A stretch of 64,000 nucleotides of DNA from Rhynchobatus australiae (lineage: Eukaryota). The notes under the pieces were generated by a model, which was given only the letters and a program-made list of their open reading frames with translations, did not search any database and was not told the DNA's origin. The DNA lies in contig JAUZTB010000064.1 in the NCBI GenBank assembly GCA_034780895.1, forward strand, positions 53,619,716 to 53,683,715, read 5' to 3'. Of this stretch, positions 1 through 12,257 are shown piece after piece; the first letter of the stretch is position 1, and the number at the start of each line of letters is the position of its first letter. The translations under genes were made by a program, and so were the position numbers.

Positions 1-1011
1 AGAGCAGAGACCGGTCTGCTGCACTATCAGGATCAACATACTCAGTAATTGCTCCAATTAATTAAAAAGAGCAATTCACAACTGCTGGGCAAAAAGCTGG
101 TTGATGTGCCAAGATATGGCATTGAAGGCTGGCTTCCAAAGTTTGGTAAGGCAGAAAATTTGCAAAATAATTAAAACTTTCTCTTTTGAAAGATGCTGCC
201 TGACTAACATTTTTGACATTTTCTGCTTAATTTCAGTTCTCGAGCATCTGTATTGTGTGCAAGACTCTTTATGCTTAAATTAGTGCATTTAGCTGAAACA
301 GTGTGGTTGCTATCACACCAGGGGCTCTTCAGTGCTTTTTTTTTTAAATTGAGGAATTCAGAAATAAGAGTTTATTTCTTAATTATTCAGGGTTTAAAAA
401 TATATATTTTATATATAAAATTCAGCATAAATGATGGGCCCATTCAAGTTATAATTGTATGTTTTAACTGCCAAATCACTGTGGAACAAAATATCTTTCA
501 GAACAATGTTAATTGCTCAACCAAGACTTACATTTATATAACAAGTGAAATCATGCCAGAATTTCCAACAAAGACACATTCAGGAGAACAGGTGAACAAT
601 AGCTTCAGTGTTATTTCAAAGAAAACAATTTAAATCTATGTCTGAAAAAATCATTCATTAGACAAGATCAGCTCAATACCTCAACTACTTTCCTCTGCCC
701 TTGACAGTGGGGTTATATTGCTTGGAGCTCTGGTATTCTTTTAAATTCAGAACAAGATTTTTCATAATTGAATCCAATGGCACATGGATGTCCTTAAAAG
801 AAAAAGGTATTTTTTCAACTATGAAATAGTTTTAGGAGAGCAAGGCAATTTATGTGGTGGCTCGAGTGTATTTCAAGCTTTGCCACCACTTTGGGATGAT
901 AACACAGGCCTACATAAACCAATGACAGTACCAAATGATTTTTTTTCCCTTTAAGGTGGAGATAAATGGCAAGAACAATTGCCAGCAACATATACTGTAA
1001 GTGCTACTTAC

Positions 1012-1107
1012 CTTGGGATATCATTCAGGGTCAGAGGTTCTACTTGGCCTGTATCTCCCAAAAAATGCCTCTGTACAATTTCTATGTCCAGAAACTTCCA
1101 AGAGAAA
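1012..1107 (-). CDS. Exon (FSWKFLDIEIVQRHFLGDTGQVEPLTLNDIP)
   Basis: Acceptor aatttcttag, perfect donor AAG|gtaagt; 96 nt, phase 2 to 2, single open frame. Confidence 0.65.
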
Positions 1108-3057
1108 CTAAGAAATTTTAAAATTCTTTATTTGTCATTTAAAATCCACAAGGAATAGCATTGAAGTCAAGGGCTTTGACATTTCCAGTTCCTCAGGATG
1201 CCGTTTTGTTGTTGAAATGCTGAGCCAATCAACGTACATGTGAGAATGATCCCTAAATGTTTCTGAAGCACATCAGGAACCCAGTCTACACACAGAGAGC
1301 TTTCTCAATGTGGCTCTGCAGCAAGTGAGGAAAGTGGGACTATGAATTAATAGAAGTGTAATTTTTCAGACTGAGATAGCTACAAGGGTACATAAAAGGT
1401 AGCTGCAATAGCAGCAATACGTCATTGAGAAAGTAAACTCTGTCAAAAAGCTGAATGAAGGACCTGTTGCCTGGGGTATGAGTCATACACTTTCTATGTG
1501 CCAAACATACTTGCTACTTCTGTATCTGCATCTAACAACAATGGCTGCTGGAGCCTTGCTCGAGCAAGAGTGTCCTGCTCAATCTTAAATTACTGTTTTG
1601 CTAAGTCTTCCCTCTGTAATCCCTTGAGCAAAATATTTTCAGACTGGATTGTCCAGCTGCAGGATGCTGCATCAGTTTGCTTTTTAAAAGCTCTTTAAAA
1701 TAACAAATGTCATAGTTTTTACTCATGTTTATGAGTGAAGTTTGGGAACAGTATTCTCAACAGCAGTAAGAAAGAATAAATAGTTTGTTGGAGATTTGGG
1801 CTGCTGACATTGCAACTGGTTTATTTACAACTGCATTTTTTGCAAAACTAATAGTGCTTAAAAATTTTTAAAAATACTTCTAAAGATCTCAAAGATATCA
1901 CCACAAATCTTAATTGATCATTAAATATCAGGGCAATGAGAAATGGTGATGAATTCACATGCACAAAATAAAAAAAATAGTCAATTCCATGTTACAAAAA
2001 CAGAATATACTTTGGGGGAGTTGGATTTTAGGTGACAAACAACTTGGTCAAGATTTCTTAGGCATTGCTCCTGCCTTACTGCCACATCAAAGCTGTGAAA
2101 ACTCTGCCCCATGTATAATTACTCATTCAGTTCTTTGGTACTTGTGTTAGATGGATGCAGTCTTCCAATGCTTTCATTTCACCTCTCATTTCTCCCTAAA
2201 GTTGGGTGATCATCAAAATAGGAGAATTTCACTTGAGCATTTTACTTTGTGAAACTTAGTAACTGAATTTCAGTTTTGCTTGCAGTATTTCATGGAAAAA
2301 GAGCAGAGGAGTGGGACTAATAAGGATGTTTTTATTTTATAGAAATCTTTCTGTCCAGTGTGATTCCTTGACCATGATACTAATTCAAAGGTAAGGTCAC
2401 CTCAGGGGATCTGATAGCACATGGGAAACTTTTCAGGGAGTTCAGCACACTTGCCAGAGATGTTCTTATGCAGGTGCCTCGTTGTAATTTTAGTTTGTGG
2501 TTTGGCCATGACATGACACAGACCTATTCAATGCAGTCTCATTTCCAATATTCAAGAGCCATTCCAATGATGGAATATGGAAGAGATAGAGTGCAGACAG
2601 TTACCATGCAAGGTGAATGCTCTGTGGTTTTAATAGACACTCCATGAAGTGCTGCAGGATGCAGTGATGCATCAGAANNNNNNNNNNNNNNNNNNNNNNN
2701 NNNNNNNNNNNNNNNNNNNNNNNNNNNNNNNNNNNNNNNNNNNNNNNNNNNNNNNNNNNNNNNNNNNNNNNNNNNNNNNNNNNNNNNNNNNNNNNNNNNN
2801 NNNNNNNNNNNNNNNNNNNNNNNNNNNNNNNNNNNNNNNNNNNNNNNNNNNNNNNNNNNNNNNNNNNNNNNNNNNNNNNNNNNNNNNNNNNNNNNNNNNN
2901 NNNNNNNNNNNNNNNNNNNNNNNNNNNNNNNNNNNNNNNNNNNNGGGAGAAGCCTGCTACTACTACAAGGAAGATATGGCTGGATGTGGCTGAGAGTTTC
3001 AGCAGCTGCAGCACACACAGGCTGTTGAATTCAGTGCACATGACTGTTTAACGACCA

Positions 3058-3335
3058 TCAAATCATAGTCATACAGCACCGAAACAGGCCCTTTGGCCGA
3101 GTCCTGTTTCATTCTCCCTCATTCCACTCAACTCCTCCGGATTCTAACACTCATCTAAATACTGGGGGCAACTTACCTTGGCCAGTTGGCCAATCAACTG
3201 CATGTCACTGGAACTTGCGAGCAAACCAAAGCACCCGGAGCAAACCCACACAGTCACAGGGAGAACATGGAAACTCCACACAGGCAGCACCAGAGGTCAG
3301 GATTGACCCTGAGTCATGGGAGCTGTGCCACTGTA
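3058..3335 (-). mobile_element. HE1-like tRNA-derived SINE with CR1-type tail
   Basis: Body gcacccggagcaaacccacacagtcacagggagaac and tail catacagcaccgaaacaggccctttggcc, matching CR1 3' ends elsewhere in the window. Confidence 0.65.
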
Positions 3336-3439
3336 CCTATCCTTCTTCTTTTAAACTTTTCAGTAAATCTCCATCTTCCTCTCCATCTACCAATGTGACT
3401 TCTGTCTCTCAATGTTACTTGAGGCCTCCCTTTCATTGT

Positions 3440-3800
3440 GGAGACACAAGAAACTGCAGATACTGCTGGGATCTGGAGCAACAAACAATCTGCTGGAGGA
3501 ACTCAGCGGGTCAAGCAGCATCTGTGGGGCGGGGTGGTNNNNNNNNNNNNNNNNNNNNNNNNNNNNNNNNNNNNNNNNNNNNNNNNNNNNNNNNNNNNNN
3601 NNNNNNNNNNNNNNNNNNNNNNNNNNNNNNNNNNNNNNCTGGAGGAACTCAGCGGGTCAAGCAGCATGTGTGGGGCGGGGTGGTGGGGTGCAGTGGTGGA
3701 GGAACTGCTGACAAGGTTTCGACCTGAAAAGTCGACAATTCCTTTCCACCCACAGATGCTGCTCATCCCGCTGAGTTCCTCCATCAGATTGTTGCTCTCT
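3440..3800. repeat. Palindromic Penelope-terminus-derived short element (contains an assembly gap)
   Basis: Arm ggaggaactcagcgggtcaagcagcatctgtgg with inverted arm ccacagatgctgctcatcccgctgagttcctcc; same sequence as the Penelope end at 34455-34520. Confidence 0.65.
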
Positions 3801-4263
3801 GATTGTTCCCTTCACTAAATAGTCTGGATTTGACATGTGAATAAATCCCATTATTATCTGCTGTATCTGTATTGCAGAAAAGAGATCACAAGGGAAAAAT
3901 GAAGACCAAGAATTGGGCCTTTAGGAATCACATTGTAGACAAATGCCTAGGAGAAAATGTTGAAAATTGGCTGCCTCCCAATGTCCCTGACAGGAAATGG
4001 GCCACAACAAGCTCTTGGTGACTCAGTTTGCTATCATTCATAGACATGGCATGCTCAGTCAGACTGAATTTCCAGTAGTGAAAGAAATATGATTGTCTTT
4101 GAAGTGAAAATGTGTTACTTCCGTAGCTTGCCAGCACTAATTCATATTCATTGCTGCAACACAACCCTCATCTGGGCCATGGCAATCAGTAAAGTTTCTA
4201 CATATTGATTCCCATTTATACAGATTTCTTCTGAGACTGTTCCATCACAGGACTCAAGCTTAC

Positions 4264-4332
4264 CAGGCCCAGCACAGTTCAGTTTGGTAAGCACTGGGTT
4301 TTCAACAGTTGACTCACAGTTCACTAATAGAA
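4264..4332 (-). CDS. Candidate exon (LLVNCESTVENPVLTKLNCAGP)
   Basis: Acceptor tattctattcacag, donor CTG|gtaagc; 69 nt, phase 1 to 1, open. Confidence 0.5.
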
Positions 4333-4550
4333 CTGTGAATAGAATAGTTGGGGCTGGACGTGCACTATGGAGGTGGTCAGTTGTGGTGAGTTCATATCAG
4401 GCTCATCTCAACTAGGAACAACTATTGTGACGGTTGGCATTGTTCCTTGTTCCTCCTGCAGTTACTTTCCTTGCTGCTGCACAGTGTTGTGCAGAGTGCA
4501 GGCTGCCATGACCATTCAAGGGATTCAGACTAGTTGGCATTGAATCTTAC

Positions 4551-4756
4551 CTCTACGTCTCCCAGTGCACCAGGAGTGTGACCAGTGGACATCCAGTGAT
4601 CATAAAAAGGGAAGTGCATTCACTCTCACTTGTTTTATCAGAATGAGCCACAGTCCATCCCAGGGTGGTATAAGATTTGGGTATGGGAGGAGAAAAATCA
4701 GATGGGATTATTGTGCCTGCAGGAAAGTCCATGGGCATGGTCAGCATGGTACTCAG
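4551..4756 (-). pseudogene. Exon with strong splice sites but no fully open frame
   Basis: Acceptor ttttctgtttttgttcag, donor GAG|gtaaga; 206 nt; the phase-0 frame is open until TAG at 4553-4555; internal alternative donor CAA|gtgaga. Confidence 0.55.
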
Positions 4757-7700
4757 CTGAACAAAAACAGAAAATGATAGAAACACTCAACAGGCCAGGC
4801 AGTATCCGTGAAGAGAGAAACAGAGTTAACATTTCAGTTCAATGGGCCTTCATCAACTGGCAGAGAGAGGGAAAGGTAGAGAGAATGGAAGGAATATCTG
4901 CAATTGGGTGCAGACTAAGGTTGTTAAGGTAACAAATTTTTAAAATTCAAGGAGTTAAAAACAAGAAAGAAAAAAAAACAAAGGACAATTTGGAACTAAA
5001 ATATTATGTATTAATGCATTGTTGTCCTCAGTTAAATAGCTTGCTGATATGATTGTGGTTCAGACATGTGGACCAAGCCTGAATTCTTATTAACTACCAT
5101 ATACCTCAGAGGGTATTGAAATGCATCTGCAAAACAACAGTGACTGCACTTAAAAAATATTTCAAGGCCAAGAAATGCTTCGAAAGATCCTAATGGTCAT
5201 GCAAGGTCCTTTGTAGGTGCAAGCCTAATGATTAAACTTTCTGCAAATGCCTTTCATGTGTTACAGCCTGCAGAAATCCCGTCCTCCCATTCCCATCCAA
5301 ACACTGACTCCAGTTTTATTCCCCTTCTCCCTGATGCTCCAGGCCTTTCTCTTTCCTATTTCAGTCCANNNNNNNNNNGTTTGAATGCCACCTGACAAGC
5401 CTAGGGCCAAATCTGCTCTTCCTACATGTTGTCTCTAATAGGATACAACATGAAAACTTCCTTTCCATTTCATTATGCTATTTTTGCTGAATTGGCTGCT
5501 AAAAAATGGTATGTTTGTTAGAAAACCCAATCAGTGTAGGTGACAGATGATGTGAATTTTACTGACAATACATAGATACAAAATTAGTTGGAATAAATAG
5601 AACTTGTAAAATGAATTGGTATGTGAAGGAAGAAAGATGTTCAATGTGATAATGTTGTTATTTTCCAAACAACACACCTGCTATTTTCAGAAAAAGATTT
5701 TTAGATTTAGCAAACTAATCCTTAATTAATTCAAACAGACCACAGAATCCTCATTCAAAACATATTTGATTATAATCAGGTTGTAAGAAAAACATCCAAT
5801 GTCATGTTGTAAATCTGCCAGAAGTAATCAAACATAATTCCCACCATAATCTCAAAAATAATCAAATTCACAGTGGGAGGTCGGTAGGGACGTCTACTAT
5901 TAGCTGTACCAAGTCACAATCTAGCACAATGGGAGATGATACAGCTGGGAATGCCAATCTTGTTTAATTTTTAGCAGGGTTTATTCAATTTTGAGCAGTG
6001 TATTAAATTTTTGGTGTTGCGGCACTCTACCATTTTGTGATAAATTTAAAACAATTTGCATTTAATTTCAGTTAATAATATAGAATTTGGAAATAGAAAC
6101 AACTATCCTTAGTAAAGATGACCAAAAAAATCAATCTGATTCACCAATGTCCTTCAGGGCAAAAAGTCTGCAATCCTTACCCNNNNNNNCTAGGTGAAAC
6201 CCCAGACAATCCCCATGTGGTTAATTTTTAAATGGCTGCTGAAATGGCCTTACAAGTCAGTCAGTCAGTTTAAAGCCAATTAAAGCTATGCGATAAATGT
6301 TGGCCTTGCCAGAAACACCCAAACTCTGAAAAATGAATTTTAAAAATTCTCCATATAAAAGCAAACAATTGCATCTCCATTGTATGGAAATTATTTTGAA
6401 AGAATTATAATTAACTTGCATTATACAGATGCCTGATGGTATTTATTGAGCTTGCTTATCCTACCAGCTTCTAAACTTTATAAGAACACACCTTATATGG
6501 CATTAGATTGTAAATTTTACAGTGGGAACCTCTTTTTCCCACATACATGATTATCTTAGTTTGCTGGTATGTAGTCTGTTGCCAATTTTTCTATTGATAG
6601 CATTTACGGATAAAAATAACCGCACATGGTTTGCAATTCAATAGAAAGATTCTGGAACATTTCCTGTGTGCTATTTAATCAAAATTAATATCGGGCAAAC
6701 TTCTAAGAGATTTGCTTAAGTTTTGTTCAATTCACTAAAGACCTTGGTACATAGGATATTAATGCATGAATACAATGTGTTATTCTGAAATTCTTTTTTT
6801 CCTACTGATGGAACATTGACCAACTGATTTATAAGGGTAGGCATTTGTACCAAAATAGCTTAGAGAAGAATTCAAAGTGAATGCTTTGAATCTTCATATG
6901 CAAGCTTGATATAATGTCAGTCCGCAGACCCTCTGTGCAAATGCTGCAAAATGTTTCGTAAGATTGTCACATACTGATATTTGACATTTTGTAATGTCAT
7001 TATTTAACTTTGGTGAAATTTCATGTTCTGAAAATTAATAATGCAAGGAAAGAACAGGGNNNNNNNNNNNNNNNNNNNNNNNNNNNNNNNNNNNNNNNNN
7101 NNNNNNNNNNNNNNNNNNNNNNNNNNNNNNNNNNNNNNNNNNNNNNNNNNNNNNNNNNNNNNNNNNNNNNNNNNNNNNNNNNNNNNNNNNNNNNNNNNNN
7201 NNNNNNNNNNNNNNNNNNNNNNNNNNNNNNNNNNNNNNNNNNNNNNNNNNNNNNNNNNNNNNAATGCAGATGTAATGGACAACTGTATACAGATAGCAAA
7301 AATGGATGATCTGTAAAGCATATAGGTTGGGATTTAATGAACAATATTGCATTGGCCATTCAATACAGAGCTGATATAATATTTCTTTCCATTGCAGACA
7401 AAGGGGTGTATAGCTGGCTGCAAATCAGCTTACTCATTTTAAATCCCTACCACATTGAATGTTCCAACATATGGTTATTAAGGTGTTAAATCATTCTAGT
7501 TTGCTACTACCTAAATATAATGAGAATTTTTACATAGTGTCTTCTTTGGATTTCCATTGTGCCTCAAGTGCACTTATTCTGAGGATACAATGAATAGATC
7601 AAAGGATGGTGATCCCTGATACTGGTCTACATCCTATGGGAACATTTGATCATTGGTAGAATCAAATCTGCTCTACTTTTTGTGAAGCAGGACTTGTAAG

Positions 7701-7923
7701 TATGGTATGATTTGACAAACACTGTCACTTAGTTGCTCTGCAGATTCCTCTGTTTTATCTGGATGCACTTCATGTACAGGTTGTTTCTCTGTAAAGTGGG
7801 CTCAAAGTTTCTTTTGTTCACGATTCAGACAGTGACAGTTTAAAGAGTGAGATTAAAACATACAGAACAATGACTGAGAAATTAACATTTGTTCACTGAG
7901 GCATGAACACTTGTGAAGTTTAC

Positions 7924-8102
7924 CACTTCATAAGACAACACTAGTCTGGATCTGGCAAGTTCAGTTCTAGAACTGTCAATATTAGCATAATGCACATACA
8001 CTACCACTTCACATGTATAAATTGGACATAGCAGACGAAAAACTGGGTGCATTTGTATGGCAGGAATTTTAATTGTCATTATAGATAGATGACACCTCCC
8101 CA
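7924..8102 (-). CDS. Exon (GRCHLSIMTIKIPAIQMHPVFRLLCPIYTCEVVVYVHYANIDSSRTELARSRLVLSYEV)
   Basis: Within ORF 7882..8103; acceptor aaaatag, donor GTG|gtaaac (or CT|gtatgt at 7864 with a frameshift); beta-strand-like alternating hydrophobic pattern. Confidence 0.5.
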
Positions 8103-8299
8103 CTATTTTACAGCACTTATATATTCGACCATAGGCATTTTCTCAGTTGCACATCATGGCAATTCTTTTATCACCTTCAAATCGTTAGGATGACCATGAT
8201 TGATTATGCAAGACACAGAGCTTCAGTTGGGTGTTATAAAGCTTGTGCTAGTCAAAGCTCAAACTCTTTTATCTTGGGCTCTTTCCAAAGGGCAAGAAA

Positions 8300-8530
8300 A
8301 AGCTGTTATGTAGTGCATTTCATGACTTCATGACATCGCATAATACTTCCAAGCTGCAGGCATCATTGTAATGTTAAGAAGCACAGCGGCCAAATTGTAC
8401 ACAGCAAGTTCCCATAAACAGCATTGAGATGAATGTTTAAATAATCTGCTTTAAGTGTTAGCTAGAGGACAAATGATGGCCAGGACAACAGAAGAATTTC
8501 CTTGAACTTTTTCAAGTTGAAACATTGGCT
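8300..8530 (-). mobile_element. Ancient SINE remnant (DeuSINE-like)
   Basis: Reverse-complement similarity to 38640-38925 (gctgtttatgggaacttgctgtgtacaatttggc vs gctgtttgtgggatcttgctgcatgcaaactggc). Confidence 0.45.
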
Positions 8531-9779
8531 CTTTTCCTTGTACAGTACTGTGAAAGTTAGAGGCTTTGGCATCGCANNNNNNNNNNNNNNNNNNNNNNNN
8601 NNNNNNNNNNNNNNNNNNNNNNNNNNNNNNNNNNNNNNNNNNNNNNNNNNNNNNNNNNNNNNNNNNNNNNNNNNNNCAGTACTGTGAAAGTTGGAGGCTT
8701 TGGCATCGCATGAAGACAGAAGAAAGACTTGTATTTTATATAATATTTTTGCATTCCATTCAGGACATCCAAAGGATTTCAAATTTAAAGGGAAAACACT
8801 GTTGTAATGGTGCTTGAAAGATGAATACACCTTAACTATCAGACTCAGAGATGTTGTTGAGCTAAAGATGACCAGCAACTTCATTCAGTGCCTTTGAATA
8901 CCCAAAATATACATCACCCCCCACGCCCCCAACCCCCTATCCAGCTCCCACCAACCCTACCCACTGAGAATGGCATGATTTGAATTCCAAAAACATAAAA
9001 TAATGGTACATTTGATTTGTTTGAGGTGTTGCATGACATTAAGTGAACCAATGCTTGATTTTTTTCCCCACAAATACCCTGAACAGAAGAGAGGAAGTCC
9101 AATATTACTTTGCTACCAGCTCAGACATATCTCACCACTACCTGGCTGAGTGCACAGAAAACAATGGGCTTGATCCTGATGGAGAATTCTGGCAATTCAG
9201 AGCAGAACTGTTGATTTTAAGCTATTTGTACAACAGTAAGTCCAGAGATTCTGGAAATACTTTGTCAAATGCAAAAACCTCCCTGACCTAAAATGTTCAT
9301 TGTTCTTGAGCTTCCTGAGTTCCTCAGAAACACATCCTTGCTGTAAGTGTTTGGGAATTGTAGGGACTCTTCACCCCCTTGCTTATCAAGAATCTACTTG
9401 CTCATGTCTTAAAAATATTCAAAGACTCTGCTTCCACTGCACTTTGAGGAAGAGAGTTCCAAAGCTGGACCTAATGAAGAGTCACTTAATGAAGAGAACT
9501 TAGTGGTTGAAGTCCCAGACTACTTGAGGCTTCCACATTTGCCTGCATGCTCCTGATCTTCCTGCCATTTTTGCAGGGAAATACTAGCAGATCTGGCATT
9601 TCTCAGAGAAATCCCACCATTACCTTTGAACAAATACCTTGAAAATTCTGATTGTCACTACTAGTGAATCTCATTTAATAATGCTGTCATCACTTGATTC
9701 ACTACCTTACTAGGAAATTTCATACTAAAACTTAGAATGATGTATGTTTTCCAAATTGATATTTTACATGTGAAATTAA

Positions 9780-11600
9780 AGTTAGCTTTAAAAGGAGTTA
9801 GTGAAATGGTTGATACGTTGGCTTTAATTTTCCAAAATTGCCTAGTTTCAGAGATGGTTGCATTAGATTAGAAATAGAAAATTTTACTCTTTTACTCAAA
9901 AAGAGTTAAGAAACCAGGAAACTACAGTCCAGTTAACATCTGTCAGAGGGCAAATGTTAGAAGCTATTATTAAAGACATAGGGCACATAGAGATATTCAA
10001 GGTAATTGGGCAAAGTCAATATAGTTTTTTGAAAGGAAACTCATTTTTGACAACATACTGGAATTCTTTGAAGAAGTAACATGTACTGTGGATAAAGGAG
10101 AACTGCTGGATATCCTGATATTTCTGGAAGGCATTTGGTGAAGTGCTGTATAAAAGGTTATTTCAGAAAAATAAAAGCCCATGGTGTGGAAGACAACATA
10201 TTAGTGTGTAGAGAAGATTGATATGCTATGGGGATCAGTGCTGGGACCTCAACTTTGTACAATTTATATAAATGAGGCTGGCACGGTAGTGCACGGCAGG
10301 CACAGTAGTGTAGTGGTTAGCGTGACGCTATTACAGCGCCAGTGACTCAGGTTCAATTCCGGCCACTGTCTGTAAGGAGTTTGTACATTTTCCCTGTGTC
10401 TGTGTAGGTTTCTTCTGGGTGCTCTGGTTTCCTCCCACATTCCAAAGACGTACAGGTTAGGNNNNNNNNNNNNNNNNNNNNNNNNNNNNNNNNNNNNNNN
10501 NNNNNNNNNNNNNNNNNNNNNNNNNNNNNNNNNNNNNNNNNNNNNNNNNNNNNNNNNNNNNCTCCCACATTCCAAAGACGTACAGGTTAGGAAGTTGTGG
10601 GCATGCTATGTTGGCGCTGGAAGTGTGGCAACACTTGCCGGCTAGCCCCAGAACACTCTACACAAAAGATGTATTCACTGTGTGTTTCAACGTACATGTG
10701 ACTAATAAAGATATCTTAAATGACTTGGATGAAGGCACTGAAGGTATGGTTGCTAAATTTGCAGATGAGTCAAAGGTAGCAAGGCAAATTGTGCAGGGGA
10801 CAAGAGACAAGAAAGGTTTATAGCTAGGTTAAGTGAGTGGACATAGACTTGGTAAATTTAGTATAACATGCAAAAATGCCCGTCTTGTCAGGAAAAATAA
10901 AGAAGCATATTATAATAGTAAGAGATTGCAGAAATCTGAGATACAGAGAGACCTATGTCTCTTTGTGCATGAATTGAAAAGGAAAGCTAACAGAATAATG
11001 CTGTTTATTGCTGGAAGAATTGAATGCAAAAGCAAGGAGGTTATATTTCAGTTAAAAAGGACCTTGGTGAAACTTCATTTCTGGTACCATGTATTCCTCA
11101 TTTAAGGAAGTATGTAAATGCATTGGATCAAGTTCAGAGAAGTTTAACAAGACTGGCACCTGAAAAGATGTATTTTCTCATGGGGAAAGGATGGTCAGGC
11201 TAGGCTTATGCTGGAGTTTAGAAAACTGAGAAGAGAGTTGATTAAATATTCCAGATCTGAAGCAGTCTTGACAGGGTGGATGTTTTTAAGTTGTTCCCTC
11301 ATGGGAGAACCTAGAACTGGGGATCATTGTTTATAAATAATGGTTAGTCTTTGAAGATAGATGAATTCATTTTGTTTTGCTCTCAGAGGGTCATAAATCT
11401 TTGGAACTCTTTTCCTCAAAGGGCAGTGGAAGCAGAGTCTTAAAATATTTTTAAGGCAGAAGTAGTTAGGTTCTTGATAAGCAAGGGGTGTAAAGTTATC
11501 AGGAACAAGTGAGGTTATAATTAGATCAGCCATGATCTTAATGAATGGCAAAGTAGGTTCAAGGGCCAAGTGGCTTACTCCTGTTTTTTATTGTTCATAG
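9780..11600 (+). mobile_element. Degenerate CR1 LINE (RT to 3' end), interrupted by a SINE
   Basis: PGNYSPV, GSVLGPQLCTIYIN/DLDEG..VAKFADESK, RTLVKLH motifs and CR1 3' UTR; many frameshifts. Confidence 0.9.
10276..10716 (+). mobile_element. tRNA-derived SINE with 7-bp TSD (taaatga)
   Basis: A box tagtgtagtgg, B box ggttcaattcc, tail aataaagatatct; TSD at 10269-10275 and 10717-10723. Confidence 0.9.
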
Positions 11601-12042
11601 ATGTTAGGGTAATTTTAACAGCCAATACCTCATTAAAATAAATTCATTCTACCTGCCATACAGATTATTATGATAAACTGAAAATCTATCATCTACAAAA
11701 CAGCTTCATTAATAAGTTCGGTTCTGCTCATATCCCTCCTATATAGTCATACATTTGAATCATACATAATGTTATATCCCTACACAAAGTGAGTGACATC
11801 TGAGAGGTTTGGGACAATTGTAATGAGCAGAAAAACCATTCACTATCAGGCATTATGCACATATATTTAAAACAGTTCAATACAGTTTCATTGTGAGTCA
11901 CTATACAAAAGGGCAATCATAAATTGTAATTCATTTTTGATGGGCCAGCATCTTAATGGTTTCAGTCACTTGACATAGTGGTATAATATCTTAGTTTATA
12001 GCAGCAATTGTATGCTTTGTCTGAAAGTTTACACGACTACAC

Positions 12043-12257
12043 CGTGGAGCAAGCTGTAATATATCTTGAATGATAATGACTATGACTTATCAGCCATCCA
12101 CTGGAAATATAGTTAAACTTCACCCTATCACTGCAGACCTTTATAATCACTACTGAGAGACTAGAATGTTGGTAATGTACTAATAAGACTTTGACGGGTT
12201 GTATGCCAACACAAATGTGGTTATAAATTCCAAGTTGCATGGGACTACCAATTGAAT
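12043..12257 (-). CDS. Exon (SIGSPMQLGIYNHICVGIQPVKVLLVHYQHSSLSVVIIKVCSDRVKFNYISSGWLISHSHYHSRYITACST), donor uncertain
   Basis: Phase-1 acceptor agcttcttag matches the preceding exon; lies within ORF 12037..12327; several weak candidate donors. Confidence 0.5.

Noticed and set aside
253-633. 126-aa plus-strand ORF
   Set aside because: AT-rich, non-ATG start, no motif; likely chance.
2343-2390. Plus-strand exon-like segment (ttttatag ... AAG|gtaagg)
   Set aside because: Isolated; no phase-compatible plus-strand partner exons found.
8541-8710. Direct repeats flanking 100-N gaps (also 3490-3685, 10432-10591, 15787-15920)
   Set aside because: Identical sequence on both sides of a fixed-size gap indicates unmerged contig overlap, not tandem repeats or a CRISPR-like array.
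10296-10365. tRNA gene
   Set aside because: A and B boxes belong to a SINE head; no full cloverleaf.
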